Part shown: piece by piece, positions 13,642-27,359 of the stretch
Layout: the number at the start of each line of letters is the position of its first letter
Numbering within the stretch: position 1 is the stretch's first letter
Assembly (NCBI RefSeq): GCF_001194135.2
Contig: NC_068987.1
Span: forward strand, 107,897,471 to 107,961,448
From: Octopus bimaculoides
Lineage: Eukaryota
Direction of reading: 5' to 3'
DNA: 63,978 bases
The notes under the pieces: model-generated
Seen by the model: the letters and a program-made list of their open reading frames with translations, nothing else
Database searches by the model: none
What the model was told of the DNA's origin: nothing
Program-made: the position numbers and the translations under genes

Positions 13642-14815
13642 GTGGGCAAGTCAAAACCTTTGCGTTCTCTTAGGCAATGGTTGGAAAATTTCATCATTTT
13701 TCGACATAAGCTCCTTGTTTTTTTATGCACGTCCCCCAAAAGGCTTTGGGCTGGTCGCGCAGCCATTTATGCTCCTCTTCCTGCGCTTCTTCATCCCTAG
13801 CAAATCAACAGCATCATATAAAATGTTAGAGCGATGGAAAGAATTGAAGACAGTGTTCCAGCGACTCAAAACCCAATTCTTTTATGGTTTCAACTGTGTG
13901 GTCGGCCATATATGGACGTGCATTGTCATGTAACAAAGACACTTACTTTGACGAGAGTGTTTGGCATTTTCACTTTCTTGGCTACCATTTTACTGCAGCC
14001 TACACTGGCGATTGTGCACATCCTTTCTCGGTGATGTTCCATTATAGTCCTTTTGGATCTCAAAAACGGTTAACATCACTTCTTTCTACTGAAGGCTGAG
14101 TCTTGAAATTCTTTTTAGCTGGGGATTCCAAGTGTTTCCACTCCATTCTCTGGCTCAGAATGCTGGACAGAGATTTTATGTATAGTGACTATTTTCTCTA
14201 AAAAAGGTTTCACCTTCATCGTTGTAACGGTCGAGTAGGGGCCATTAGATTAAGTTTATGCATTCATTAAGCTCCCTTGGATTTTACCGTAGCCAGCCTT
14301 CTCGTTGAGGATTTCGTAAGTGGAGCCATGACTAATTTGCAAAGAATGTAACCCTCATCGATAGTTACTCGTCTTTTTGCCAGAACTATCTCTCAAGCTT
14401 ACTGAATCTTACTGAAACAGGTCAGTGGTGGAAATTGATGGGCTGCTTATTCCAGCTCTTTATTCGTACTTTAAACTTGTCCGGCCATTTTTAAACTTCT
14501 CCATTCACTCATGCAGACATATAGGCAGGAGTGCTCTGGAACGTATTTTATTGAAAGTTTGCGGTAAATTTCAGCCACTAACATACGTTCAGACCTGAGA
14601 AATCGGATAACAGTTCTTTTTTCCTCCATGACACATGCCGTCAAAGGAGCGACCAAGTTTACTCTGTACCAGAAGAAAGAACACTGGAGTGATCAAGGTC
14701 ATATTTCGGTTATGTAATCATAAATGTACCACTTTTTAGCATGCAAGTGCTCAAGACAGTGTGGGGAGACTAAAGAAAGTTTTGGGGAAATTACGGAAAA
14801 TTTTTAACGCCCCTT
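13641..14815 (-). mobile_element. Decayed mariner transposon, near full length, inserted next to (TA)n
   Basis: N-terminus MVAPLTACVMEEKRTVIRFLRSE..VAEIYRKLS (ORF 14471-14656). Then FLEKIVT...MEWKHLESPAKKNFKTQPS..KVMLTVF; LLHDNARPYMADHTVETIKELGFESLEH; C-terminus WLRDQPKAF...CIKKQGAYVEK*. Diverged TIR-like ends (tacgtgggcaagtcaaaa / tttttaacgcccct). Confidence 0.85.
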
Positions 14816-15027
14816 TGCAAGTATTAACAAGAAGAACAGAGTGAGCAAATTATTTTATTGCATAAATTACAATTGTTTCACCGGTTTCTAAATTTAAGAG
14901 TATTCATAAATTATTATATAATATATGCAGCTATAGAGCTATAGACTCAAGGTGTCTTCAGAATCCTATACACAATTAATTTGCTATACACAATTCATTT
15001 GCTATCGAAAACTTCTACTATTACGGA

Positions 15028-15075
<48 letters not shown>

Positions 15076-15924
15076 NNNNNNNNNNNNNNNNNNNNNNNNN
15101 NNNNNNNNNNNNNNNNNNNNNNNNNNNNNNNNNNNNNNNNNNNNNNNNNNNNNNNNNNNNNNNNNNNNNNNNNNNNNNNNNNNNNNNNNNNNNNNNNNNN
15201 NNNNNNNNNNNNNNNNNNNNNNNNNNNNNNNNNNNNNNNNNNNNNNNNNNNNNNNNNNNNNNNNNNNNNNNNNNNNNNNNNNNNNNNNNNNNNNNNNNNN
15301 NNNNNNNNNNNNNNNNNNNNNNNNNNNNNNNNNNNNNNNNNNNNNNNNNNNNNNNNNNNNNNNNNNNNNNNNNNNNNNNNNNNNNNNNNNNNNNNNNNNN
15401 NNNNNNNNNNNNNNNNNNNNNNNNNNNNNNNNNNNNNNNNNNNNNNNNNNNNNNNNNNNNNNNNNNNNNNNNNNNNNNNNNNNNNNNNNNNNNNNNNNNN
15501 NNNNNNNNNNNNNNNNNNNNNNNNNNNNNNNNNNNNNNNNNNNNNNNNNNNNNNNNNNNNNNNNNNNNNNNNNNNNNNNNNNNNNNNNNNNNNNNNNNNN
15601 NNNNNNNNNNNNNNNNNNNNNNNNNNNNNNNNNNNNNNNNNNNNNNNNNNNNNNNNNNNNNNNNNNNNNNNNNNNNNNNNNNNNNNNNNNNNNNNNNNNN
15701 NNNNNNNNNNNNNNNNNNNNNNNNNNNNNNNNNNNNNNNNNNNNNNNNNNNNNNNNNNNNNNNNNNNNNNNNNNNNNNNNNNNNNNNNNNNNNNNNNNNN
15801 NNNNNNNNNNNNNNNNNNNNNNNNNNNNNNNNNNNNNNNNNNNNNNNNNNNNNNNNNNNNNNNNNNNNNNNNNNNNNNNNNNNNNNNNNNNNNNNNNNNN
15901 NNNNNNNNATATATATATATATAT

Positions 15925-16083
15925 ACGACCAGCTTGTTTCAAAGTCCGGCTACTAAATCCACTTACAAGGCTTTGGTTATCCCGAGGTTATAGTAGAAGG
16001 CTCTTAGCCAAGGTGCCATGCAGTGGGACTGAACACGGAACCATGTGGTTTGAATACAAGCTCATTAGCACACAGCCACGCCT
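15925..16083 (-). mobile_element. SINE family C (tRNA-like head plus CORE-like block), 5' half
   Basis: Minus strand reads gtggctgtgtgctaatg...ggttccgtgttcagtcccactgcatggcaccttggctaag (A/B boxes plus CORE-like ggcaccttgggcaag). Homologous to 52810-52970. Confidence 0.75.
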
Positions 16084-17060
16084 GATAATACCACCGAACA
16101 CTCCCATCAAACTGACTTATCGAAAGCTTTGCCATGTCTAATATCAAATATTTCCCGTATTTTAGTTTTGGTAACAGTACAAATAACTAATCGACAAAGA
16201 ATTTCAGTCTTCATTTTTCCGTTTGTAAAATTCATTTCTAAGCATCGACTATTCTGCAAAATCTTTGCTTCGTTGTTTAAGCCTTATAAGGTCATTACCA
16301 TACAAAACCTTGTCCTATTTTCCTCGTATGTATTAAAACTAATGTTTCTGTGAAAGAGATTCTTAAATTGTTCAGTTCATCTCTCTATATTTTGAGAGTT
16401 TGTAACAATTACAGTTATGTTTGTTGTTAGCAAACTGTAACTAAGAGATGAATTGCAATCTATTGAGATTTATTTCTGTACTTGTGGCTCTACAACGCCA
16501 CCTACTCGGAAAACGAGTATATAAGCCCTAGGTGTACTTTCTTTGTTTCACATATCTCATACAATCATGCGTAAATATATACATACACATACACATGCAT
16601 CCATACAGCCATACAGTCGATCCATACATCCATACATCCATACATAAATATACATATACATACATTAGCACACTCAAACACACACACACATATATATGTA
16701 TGTTATGTATATATTGAGTGTTTGAAGTGGTGTACAAATATTGTATATTTAGAAAACAGGAGGTAGTCATCAAAATATTCTCTCCATAATTAAATGTTTG
16801 AAAGAGAAGCAGGAGAAATACTTTTTGCCAAAAGGATTGGAAAGTGACATCAATGTATATACTAGATGGTTTGGGTGTCCATCAAGAGAACTTCTTCGTG
16901 GTCATTTTATTACTTTATTTTTATTAAACATAATGAAAATACATAAAGAGGAAACATTTATACTGATACTCTTATTTTTTAATGTAGTCCCAGTGTTAAT
17001 AACGTGATTTTTTTTTCTTCTTCCACACTTCTCTCCAAAACAAACAATTTATTTGAAAAG

Positions 17061-17102
<42 letters not shown>

Positions 17103-17529
17103 GCCTCTTTGCTAAAAACGTCACATATAAGAACAAGGAAATGCCCGGTTTTTATCGTTATGAAATTGATGCGAATTCTAATCATGAAGATTTTAAACGA
17201 ACGGAAGCACTAATAATAAAGATTTATCTACAATTCTGACTGTGTCATTTTTTCTCTCTATATATATGAGTATATAGAATTGTATATATATATATATATA
17301 TATATACATATATTTCTGTATGAGTTAGAGGTTGAGAAACCAACTAAGGGATAGTACCTATCCAATATACTGCTGGTAGTAGTGTACCCAATTATTCATA
17401 TCCAAGTGCTAGTTATTGCATGTCAATCTCGCAATTGGGTATCATATATGGGGGTGGTTAACATGCGGCTCACCCTTGGTTTATACGGCAAAAAAGAGAA
17501 CGGAGAGGTTACAAAATCGACAGACATCA

Positions 17530-17820
17530 GCCGGTAAGCATGCCGCGAGTCCAATTCTAGGCCATTTGTTGTGTCCTTGAGCAACACACTTTACCTGGCG
17601 TTGTCTAGTCGACTCAGCTCACAAAAATGGGTTGTATGTGTAATTCAAAGGGGCCAAGACTTGTCGCACTATGCGTCACGCTGAGTCTCCTTCTCAACTC
17701 CATTAATGGTACGCTTGTCTGTGGAGTGCTCAGCCACTTATACGTTAACTTCCCGAGCAGGCTGATCCGTGGATCAGATCAACTGGAACTCTCGTCGTCG
17801 CAACCGACGGAGTGCCAGAA
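17530..17820 (+). mobile_element. SINE with CORE-like centre and the family A 3' tail
   Basis: gagtccaattctaggcc..tgtgtccttgagcaacacacttta (CORE-like), followed from about 17640 by a tail matching 40968-41142 (gtaattcaaaggg...ctgtggagtgctcagccact...gatcaactggaactctcgtcgtcg..cgacggagtgcca). Confidence 0.7.
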
Positions 17821-18706
17821 CTACTTTATGACCATCACATTTGTGACATATCTGCCTAAATTCATGTGTCTTCTTTTGCATAATTGTAAGATATTTTGCG
17901 TCACGATTACAAAGTTTTGTGTGATACTTTCAATTTTATACACATTTTCTTAGAAGTTTTGGCATTGTGAAACGTTTTAACACAGTTGGTTCTTGGGAAT
18001 TTATATTTTTGAAAAACATATCTTTTTCCAAATTACATTAAAAACACCATCATTTGATGGAGGTTTTTATGTTAGTTTCAAAGAGTTTGTGTAAATTAAT
18101 AAACAAATAAATACATTTTCGCCTTGGAATTAAAGCTTTCGTTTCGAATCAGCACGAGAACTGATAAAAATTTCGTTGCGGTTTTAATATCTCTCGTTCG
18201 ACCTGTATTCTGACTGTGACTATCCACTATCATTTCTGGCAAAGCATTCCGCATTTGTTTATCTCCTATATTTAATCATTTCCAAGATGGTCGTATTAGA
18301 GTAATATCTGACTGCAATATCTTTCATATTGATACTTCCTCGTTAGTTTCGTCTTGCACACTACGTAAGGATATATGCGTGATTGTGCATGATATATGTG
18401 TACATTTCTCAAGATATGTATCTCATTTTCTGTGCAAATTTCATGTGCAAATTGCTGTACATCGAGAAATACAAGATATGCGCGCAAACAGTTTATATTT
18501 AACTATTAGAGTTCCAATGCAATCCGAGGGCCGGTATGATTATATGAGTGTAAGGATTCATTTCTATGTGTAATGTATGATTCAGTATTTGATAATTGTT
18601 ACCTATACGAATAATCATTAGGTTACTCTTCTTTACTCTGCAAACAATGGTCATATTGAAGTAATCTATCTATCTATCTATCTATCTATAACGTATAAGC
18701 ATGTAT

Positions 18707-18763
<57 letters not shown>

Positions 18764-20635
18764 NNNNNNNNNNNNNNNNNNNNNNNNNNNNNNNNNNNNN
18801 NNNNNNNNNNNNNNNNNNNNNNNNNNNNNNNNNNNNNNNNNNNNNNNNNNNNNNNNNNNNNNNNNNNNNNNNNNNNNNNNNNNNNNNNNNNNNNNNNNNN
18901 NNNNNNNNNNNNNNNNNNNNNNNNNNNNNNNNNNNNNNNNNNNNNNNNNNNNNNNNNNNNNNNNNNNNNNNNNNNNNNNNNNNNNNNNNNNNNNNNNNNN
19001 NNNNNNNNNNNNNNNNNNNNNNNNATTTATTTATATGTATATATATGTATATATTGAGAGAGAGAAAGAGAAAGAGGGGTAGAGAGGGGGGAGAAAGAGT
19101 GAGAGAGAGGGAAATAGATAGATAGATAGATAGATAGATATGTACGTTTAGATGGAAATGTGCAGATATATACGTGGCTGTGAGCTTGCGTGTATGTGTA
19201 TGTACATATAGATGCAAATATACTTATATGTATGCATTTACTTTCACGTGAGTATGTATGAATGCATTGATGTATGTATATGTGTATATGTGTATCGAGG
19301 TTATTTGATAGGCTAGCATAAATACTTGTAACTGAAGTTATACCATCGATATTTGGCTCTAAATTAATTTATGTAATAATAGTAAGATGGGACTGTTCCC
19401 TACGCTTTTCGTTGCTTTCCTTTGGCTTCGATGAAGGTTGTTAACACAAATTTAATTTCTAATGTTCAAATCTATGTAAGTATGTATTATTTTACTTACA
19501 TAATAATCTTATTTTTGCCGGCAGCTGAAACAAGTTATTTTTTATTTAAAAGCTACTCTACAATAAATTTAGACGCAATCTCTTTAACTTGAACAAATAC
19601 CGTGTCGTGTGCTTTAACCAATTCGTTTCCGTTATACGAATTCGAATCAGTTCCACAATGTATTGATCCAATGCTGCTTACCACCACAAAAAACAATACC
19701 TGATGGAAATTGCAGGTATATATCTTTTAAAACATTACATCATAGATATATCGTTAGAGTTATTAGACATATTATGAGGCTTAATGAAGGTTTATACCAC
19801 TTAATATTTGTTTTTTCATGTAGAAGTTAGCGGCTAATGTTAAATCGATATAGTAACATACTGAATCATATCTCTGGTTATATATGCAGTCGTTGATAAC
19901 GTTGGACATCCGGAAATAAGGTATTTGTATTTTCTTCTTTGATTTCGTTCACATATGTTACGGTTCACCTTCATTTAATGTTCTATTGATTTAGAGCTAA
20001 AAACCATGCCTTTCCACCTTAATTAACGACTATTCAGCAATTTTGGATTTCACATTCATGAAGATTTCCCTTCCAATCATAAAGGATAGACCCCATGGTA
20101 AAGTTCTTTCTTCTACTTTTTATGTTTCTTTCTGCCTTACATTTATATTTCGGTTTTTACAATTTCAGTTGTCGTGTGAACAACGATTCTAACTATCTTC
20201 TTGTACATTATTTTATTTCATATTAGGGCTATGTCTTTGAAAATTAAATCGACGTGACAGTTCTAAACAGACAATAACTAGTGTGAAGGTTCCTCAGTTA
20301 AGAATCCATCTTCTGAAGAAAATACAGATATCATTTTCTACTGTTACACCACCTTCATCCATACTACATAAATATTTTGAGGATAAATACCAAAAGCATT
20401 CCTGTTCATAGGCAAATTGGTTTTGTCGGTAAATTCCCTGCAAATTTTGTTGGGCTAAGCTGTATGTGTTAATGTAATTTTTTCGTTTCCATCTTCTCAT
20501 TATCTACAGCAAATCTTTATAGTCTTCTATATTTTGGTTTCATGTGCAATACCATAATAATTGAATTTCTATTTATGAAACCCAGAAAAGCTTCAGAATT
20601 TGCGATTTTCAGATTACCACCATGAGATCACCAGA

Positions 20636-21210
20636 CAAAACACACACACGCACACATAGACACACACGAACACACACAAAAACCGCACACTCACACACAC
20701 AAGCACACACGTATATACATGCAGGCATATGTACATAATTGCGTACGTAAGTACATTCCTACATACATGCATACATACATATACATACATGGACACATAC
20801 ATGCGTACATACATGCATATGCATATACAAACATTCTTGTACATACACACACACAAACACATACATACACATATACATATATATATACATATACATATAT
20901 ACACACATACACACACACGTATATATATTTATATATATACATATTTATGTATATATGTATGTATAAAACACCGAAATTACATTTTTCTACATCGTGATTG
21001 AATCATACAAAACTCTTAACTACTTATATAAACACAAAGATACACACACGCAAACTCACACATACACATGATACATATGTGTCGTGTTAACGCATAAAGA
21101 CAAACATGTAAATACATACATCCATCCGTGTAATATATTATATTATTTATGTGTGTCTGTATGTATATACGTATGCATTGCGCGTGTGTGCGTTTATTTT
21201 GTTGTGTGCG
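20636..21210. repeat. Degenerate (CA)/(TA)/(CATA) tract
   Basis: Seen directly. Confidence 0.9.
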
Positions 21211-21689
21211 TGTGCAAATTACTTCTTTTTTTTTTATCCCATTCACTAGCGGTGATAAATATAGTTAATTGCTTGATCTTTCAGTGATCAGCAGTAATTA
21301 TCAACGGACGAACGAAGTTATTGATTTCTTGGTTGGTCGATAGTCGATTATATCCACACCGGTATTCTACTGGCGCTTATTTTCTTTTTACTTCCCCCCG
21401 AGAAAGTCAACAATGAATGTCAACTCCGCTCGGATTTTGGAATCAGACTTCAAGATCCGTAGTTTATCATCCTTCGTTACGTTACCCGACTCTCTAACCG
21501 TTCACTGCGTTTTCTATACGAAATATTCTTTAATTCTTTTAGAGCTGGAGAATGTCTCGCTTCAATAGTTTATTATCAAACAACTAAATATGGTCGCAGT
21601 AAGTCCAGTCGTAGTGTTGCTACTGGAATAGCTAACCAAGATAGGCAGCAGAGATTTTGTGCTTGACTTAAATACTGCTTTTTATTCTT

Positions 21690-21860
21690 TAGACAAACAA
21701 ATCGAATCCAGTGATTGTTATTTTTGAAGCCCAGTATTTATAGTATCAAACTCATTTACAGAACCTCTAAGTTACGGTGACGTAAGCACACCAAAATCCA
21801 TCGTCAAGGGGTGGTGGAGGACAAACAGATAGACGCTCATATATATATATATATATATAT
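21690..21860 (-). mobile_element. SINE family C 3' half, diverged
   Basis: Similar to 52625-52790 (aacaaatcga...ctaagttacgg(t/g)gacgtaa..acacca...gtcaag...ggtgg..ggacaaaca). Confidence 0.55.
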
Positions 21861-22400
21861 ATATAAGAGAGTTTTGACGCTGATATCCATTATTATTGAA
21901 ATTTATTCCTTACTTTCATCTTCAGGGAAAAAGGTAAAGAACAAAAGGTAAACACCAAAAACATCGTCTCTAATAATGGATANNNNNNNNNNTTTTAAAT
22001 CTAAATTTTTGATATATAAACAAGGAGATCGAACCTTAAGGAGTCTACTTTAGACTTTTGCGGAGAAATCTCTTGCTATATTGGTAGCGATTACATGATT
22101 TTCTCATCAACACATTGTGGAGATATCATCATATGAACAAATATATATATATATATTTCAGGTGAAATCCTTTAATAGTTACGTAATGAGAAAATATTTT
22201 CTACAATAGCATCGGGTGGACGAAAGCCAAGTAAGTGACGTTCATTAGAAGGAGATCGTTGAAGACCGTGGACTAAAGTCTGTAAGAATCCGAGGCAAGC
22301 TTCCGGTGTAAGGATAACTTTCTCCTTTTTTAACCGCTTGTCTCGGAGGCATTGAAAAAGAATTTGGAAGCTGCTCGGCGTTCTTTTTAGTATGATATTA

Positions 22401-22577
22401 TTTTCTACTCTAGGCACAAAGCCCCAAATTTTTGGGGAGGGGACCAGTCGATTCGATCAACTCCAGTACGCAACTGGTACTTTATTTATCGACCTCGGCA
22501 GAATTTGAACTCAGAACGTAAAGAAAGACGAACTACCGCTAAGCATATCACCCGGCCTGCTAACGTTTCTGCCAGCT
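22401..22577 (-). mobile_element. SINE family B monomer with internal deletion
   Basis: Matches 25343-25554 (ggaatttgaactcagaacgta...ccgctaagcat...gctaacgtttctgccagct). Confidence 0.8.
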
Positions 22578-23728
22578 TAATAAAATTATAAATGGGGATT
22601 TAACTTTATTCAAATAAGAAGGGAGAGGTAAGTGCTGTAGTAACATTTTTCCCAAAACTTTTAGCGTAAGTGCATTGAAAACAGCGTCACTGCACACTGT
22701 AACATTACTTTTCTACGTAGTCTTTCGACCTGCTAAATATTGCAGCCAAATTATGTTTGGATTCATATTTTCATTTTATATGTTTTTAATTTTTATTATT
22801 TTCCATTTAGTCCTAGATATGATGCATTTGAATATAAAACGGAATAATCCATAGTAGTTACATTTTATCATAATTTGTGTTCAATCAAGGATGACCTGGA
22901 CTGGACGAAACTATGTGCACGACCACAACAGCAGCAACAGCAGCAGTAACCTCAGTGTCAATACGCCAACGAAGGATTTTCTGCATTGTAGCTCAACTGG
23001 TTAAAACAGCAGCCAAATCACCCTACAAAAAGAAAAAAAAAACAGAATAGAAGGAGTGATTGTTAGGACTTATTGGGTTAGAAGTGGAAACACAATATTA
23101 TTGCTTTTGTGAGTATCAAAAGACTGTCATTGCTTTTGGGAGTATCAAAGACTGTCATGCACGAAACTGTAATGGATAAGATTGCCATATTTAATGTTTT
23201 CGTTCCCATTTTTAAAGACAGTAGGGTGAAATTTCAAGCGAGATTTAGCCATTGCTTCAAAATGACTCAACAATCAGCGTGGTTTTATAGTGTAGTAACA
23301 TAGGTGGAAAAGCAAAAGTTTTAACATTAATGAGTTGAATAAATGCAGTGTTGTTCGGTTAGGAATGATCGTATAGTTAGGAAATGCAATGACCTTATGA
23401 CCAGGAATGACACTGATTAGATTCATATAAACAGTCACATCTGTGCCTATGTGTGCGCGTGAGTTTTGTGTACGCGCCCGTGTGTGTATATATGTGTGTG
23501 TTTGTAGCGGCTACTATATGTGTATGCATTTCTATATTCATTCGTATTGATGATATCTACTAAGTTATATATCACCATTATTTAATGTGTGAACATTTAA
23601 ATACACATTCGTGAATTTTTAGATACACATGCGCAAGTGTAATTGGAATGTAATTGGAAAATCAAGCAAACGTACGTACATATAGATATATCCACTCACA
23701 AATACAGAGAATTGTGCGAGTGCGTGCC

Positions 23729-23800
<72 letters not shown>

Positions 23801-25342
23801 CTGTCTGTGTCTGTGTGTGTATGTTTCTTTGTATCGCTGTAGACTATTAATTTGTGTATCGAAACGGCAGCTCATTGTAAAACCTCTGACATTTCCATCT
23901 GGAATTCGAGGAAATCCATTACATAAACTAAACTACACCCTTGGGAAAATGAAGCTTTTGGTTTATGTAAGAGAAATCGTCTTAATGCCTTTAGAATCCA
24001 GACTAGCATGCAACTAAATGGTTTAAGGTTACAGTGAAAGTGATATAATGCCTTGAATTTCTAATTAATGTACAGATTGTAGAAGTCTGCATCTGCCTCA
24101 TTCCCATTTATGATATGTACGTCTTGACAGCAAAGTAGAGTTGCAGGGAAATACTTTACTGATTTCGCCTCTTAAAGAATGTAAATGCGAATCTTTGAAA
24201 CAAACCATGTATATGTTATTTATTATAATGGTAGACTAAATAGGAAACCAATGATTTATACTTTCTTATGTTTCATAATGGTCTATGGAAGAATCGTTGT
24301 ACTTGATTCCGAGCAGATGTGCGAGAATCTCAGCGGTAGTTTCTTCAAATGTTTGAGAGAAGTAACAGTGATGCACCAAAGCTGGAGTGAATTTTAATGC
24401 TTATATCCTTGTTGTGCCGGCGTTCTCGCCATAGACTTTGGATCGATGCAAAAAGGTTACAAATCGAATTGAGAGATTTTTAGTGGTAACAGATAGTTTC
24501 AGGGGCGATTCGTTTAGTTTAGATGACCTACTCTGTTAGCTTTACGTATACAAAACAAACTTGATAGCCGCCTTCTTCACAGAGAACTATTGCAATTGGC
24601 AGTAAAACGGCTGGGTTACCTCAATAGACAACGGATGTTTCGTCGCCAGCAAAATGGCCAACTAATAAAAGCGTTTGGAATAATGCTCTCCATCATTCAA
24701 GAACATCATCTGGCAATCACTGGAGATGTTGAGTAGTGTTCTTTTCGAACTGCGATGTGTCAGACCGTAATGTAAACCGGGATCGATCAGCATCCTTTTA
24801 AAGGAAAATTGTACGGTGAGAGGAACATAATCAAGTTGGGTGAGAAGATGGTTTGCCAGCTATGTAACAGAAGGAAAATATTTCTCTCACTAGGGAGAGA
24901 CATTTATATCGATCGCCCACGGGTGTCGTGTCGGTGAATCAAGATGCATGGCTTAAGATCAACTGAATCAACGAACCAGTTTTCCTCACATGTCTATATA
25001 ATATTTAGTCCTCACATGTATATATAATATTTAGTCAGAAGGTAAGGAGAAGGTGTCTTCGAAGGAATTTGAACCCAGGATGCAAAGAGTCGAATCCAAC
25101 AAGGCATGTATTCAGATACTGTGACTCTTTTGCCAGAGAAATTTCTTTTAACCTTTCGAGGCAGCTTAGTTACAATTTTCTGTTAAACAATAAGTTTTAA
25201 TTTCCCAGGATTGGGAAAGATGATTCCCCTTCAAGGGTTTAATTTCCTATTACATGATAAGGAAATACTTATTCCATTATCGCTTTTCTTTTCACAATCG
25301 AGGATACTCTAGAACACAGAGGAGAGCTAAACACAATACATT

Positions 25343-25554
25343 CTTTTCTACTGTAGGCACAAGTCCCGAAATTTTGGGGGAGGTTTCAGCTGATTAGATC
25401 GACCCCAGTACGCAACTGATACCTAATTTATCGACCTCGAAAGGATGAAAGGCAAAGTCGACCTCAGTGGAATTTGAACTCAGAACGTAGAGACTGACGA
25501 AATATTGCTAAGCATTTCACTCGGCTTGCTAACGTTTCTGCCAGCTCGCCGCCT
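25343..25554 (-). mobile_element. SINE family B monomer, full length, with TSD
   Basis: Head aggcggcgagctggcagaaacgttagc; B-box-like gagttcaaattcc; conserved centre gaggtcgactttgcctttcatcctttcg(a/g)ggtcgataaatta. TSD aacacaata(c/t)att at 25330-25342 and 25558-25570. Confidence 0.85.
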
Positions 25555-25709
25555 ATGAACACAATATATTAACAGATTTTTATCAATGATGTAGACAACG
25601 TCGTTAAAGTTTGCAAACCATTCTTATCTAACTCTCTTGAAAAGTTAGGTCAACAGATATTCACCCAGCTCAATACAGTGTCCATATTGCACATTCTATA
25701 TAATGAAGT

Positions 25710-26090
25710 GTGTGTGTGTGTGGGTGTGTGTGTGTGTGTGAGTGTGTGTGTGTGCGCGCGTCCCTTTGTGCATGTGTGTGCGTGGTTTATGTGTTTGCAT
25801 GTGTGTGTTTATTTGTGCGTGTGAGTGTGTGTGTAATTGTGCGGTGTGTGCTTATATATGTTTGTGTGCGCATTTGTGTGTGCGCAATTGGGTGTGTGTG
25901 TGCGCTTGCGTGTGTCTGTGTTTGTGCGGCTGTGTGTGTGTGCATGTGAGTGTGTATGTAATTGTGTGTTATTTGTTCGTTTGTGTTTGTGTGCGCGTTT
26001 GTGTGCGTGCGTTCGAGCGCTTATGTGTGTGTGTGTTTATGTGTGCATGTGAGTGTGTATGTAATTGCGTGTTGTGTGTTTGTGTGTTTG
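25710..26090. repeat. Degenerate (GT)n tract with higher-order sub-repeats
   Basis: gtgcatgtgagtgtgtatgtaattg recurs near 25940 and 26042, with a variant near 25825. Confidence 0.8.
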
Positions 26091-27258
26091 TAGGATCCTA
26101 CAAGATTATGTATAAATGGGATGTGAATATCGGCAAAGGCTGCGGGTAGCATTGTGAACTAACTTCTAACTGAATATTGAAATATAAAATGATGGAGAGG
26201 ACACATATGTCTTTGAATATACCACTACCCAATGACATGTTGCAGATCCATTTGTCAGATATCCGACTACGTCAGTGTCGTAATTCTGACACACCCATGC
26301 TAAGTTATATTATTTTGGTTTAAGTCTCGCTATCTTCGATATATCTCAAAACTTTTGTTAATATATTCGATCTCCAATATGTTCAGTCGAGAGTCGTTGG
26401 ATAGCACGCTACACCCTCCTGTTCTGGAATATATCGCACCAATTAGAATGCTTCACATAACTGAGTGTTATTTGGTGTATGTGATGTATTCACAACTGCA
26501 TGCAAACGTAAACACATATATATATGTATATTCGTCAGCATGTATGTATGTATGTATGTATACATGCATGTTTCTGTGCCCATGTTTGGCTCGTTTATAT
26601 CTTCCCTCTATCTCTGCAGAATCTTTTGGTATTTTCGAGAACATTGCAAATTACATATTCTCTTATACTTGTCTGAATCATGTGATCTATGAGATTGGGA
26701 AAAAACATTTTTTAACCAGGGGAATAAATCTGATTCATTCCAAATAGAATGATTTACTGAATTCAATGTGTATTTTTTCCCTATTATCAAGAAATGAAAG
26801 TATTCATACCTTGGACCTCTAAATTAAAAATATCACCACATGTACTTTTCTGATAAACAATATATTCTTACTTCACAATGACTCTATATCATTCAGTGGA
26901 GAGATGTTTTTTTTTTCCTTCTAGTGCCTGACATGCAACTACTTTTTTGGTTTTTCAGTTGCCCCTTTTGTTTTCTCTTGCTAATTCTCCAATTAAGCTT
27001 ACATAAAATGAATTGAATAATACTTAATGAAATATTGTAAATGCCACAGAAGTAGAAGATTTACTTTGTTTTTGTTTTAATAGAAAAAGCGCTTTAATGT
27101 GTTTTCAACACTTCGAAATTTTTATTGGAAACATCGCTACATTTTACGATCAATCTCTTCATTTTTCTCCCTAGAGCAAACTACCAGAGATTGGCCAACG
27201 TTGCATTAAGATAACGTTGTATGTCACTCATATTATATTTCACGTATTTAAATTCTAT

Positions 27259-27359
27259 TCATTGTCAATTAAGGTGCCTCAAAAATGTTATATGCGCAAA
27301 GACAAACCGCAGTTGCCATGATGATTTGCACGTGTTTGCATACAGGATAATTTCGAAGA
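27259..27359 (+). repeat. 101-bp direct repeat, copy 1
   Basis: Identical to 28131-28231 except for 2 substitutions. Confidence 0.9.

Noticed and set aside
19651-19920. Two short segments with AG/GT splice-like borders (19651-19715 and 19890-19920) that could join as MEIA-VVDNVGHPEI
   Set aside because: Peptides are too short and unrecognisable, the phase-compatible frame has an upstream stop, and such signals occur by chance in AT-rich DNA.
22030-22330. Complex segment translating to fragments such as DRTLRSLL and IVEDRGLKSVRIRGKLP
   Set aside because: Multiple stops and no family motif I can assign with confidence.
23109-23170. SIKRLSLLLGVSKTVMHE resembling a Tc1 helix-turn-helix
   Set aside because: The resemblance may be created by a 20-bp tandem duplication (gagtatcaaa(a)gactgtcat); no supporting downstream motifs.
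24983-25034. 26-bp tandem duplication; similar short duplications at about 62370-62395 and 62543-62580
   Set aside because: Ordinary slippage duplications with only two units and no spacers; not a CRISPR-like array.
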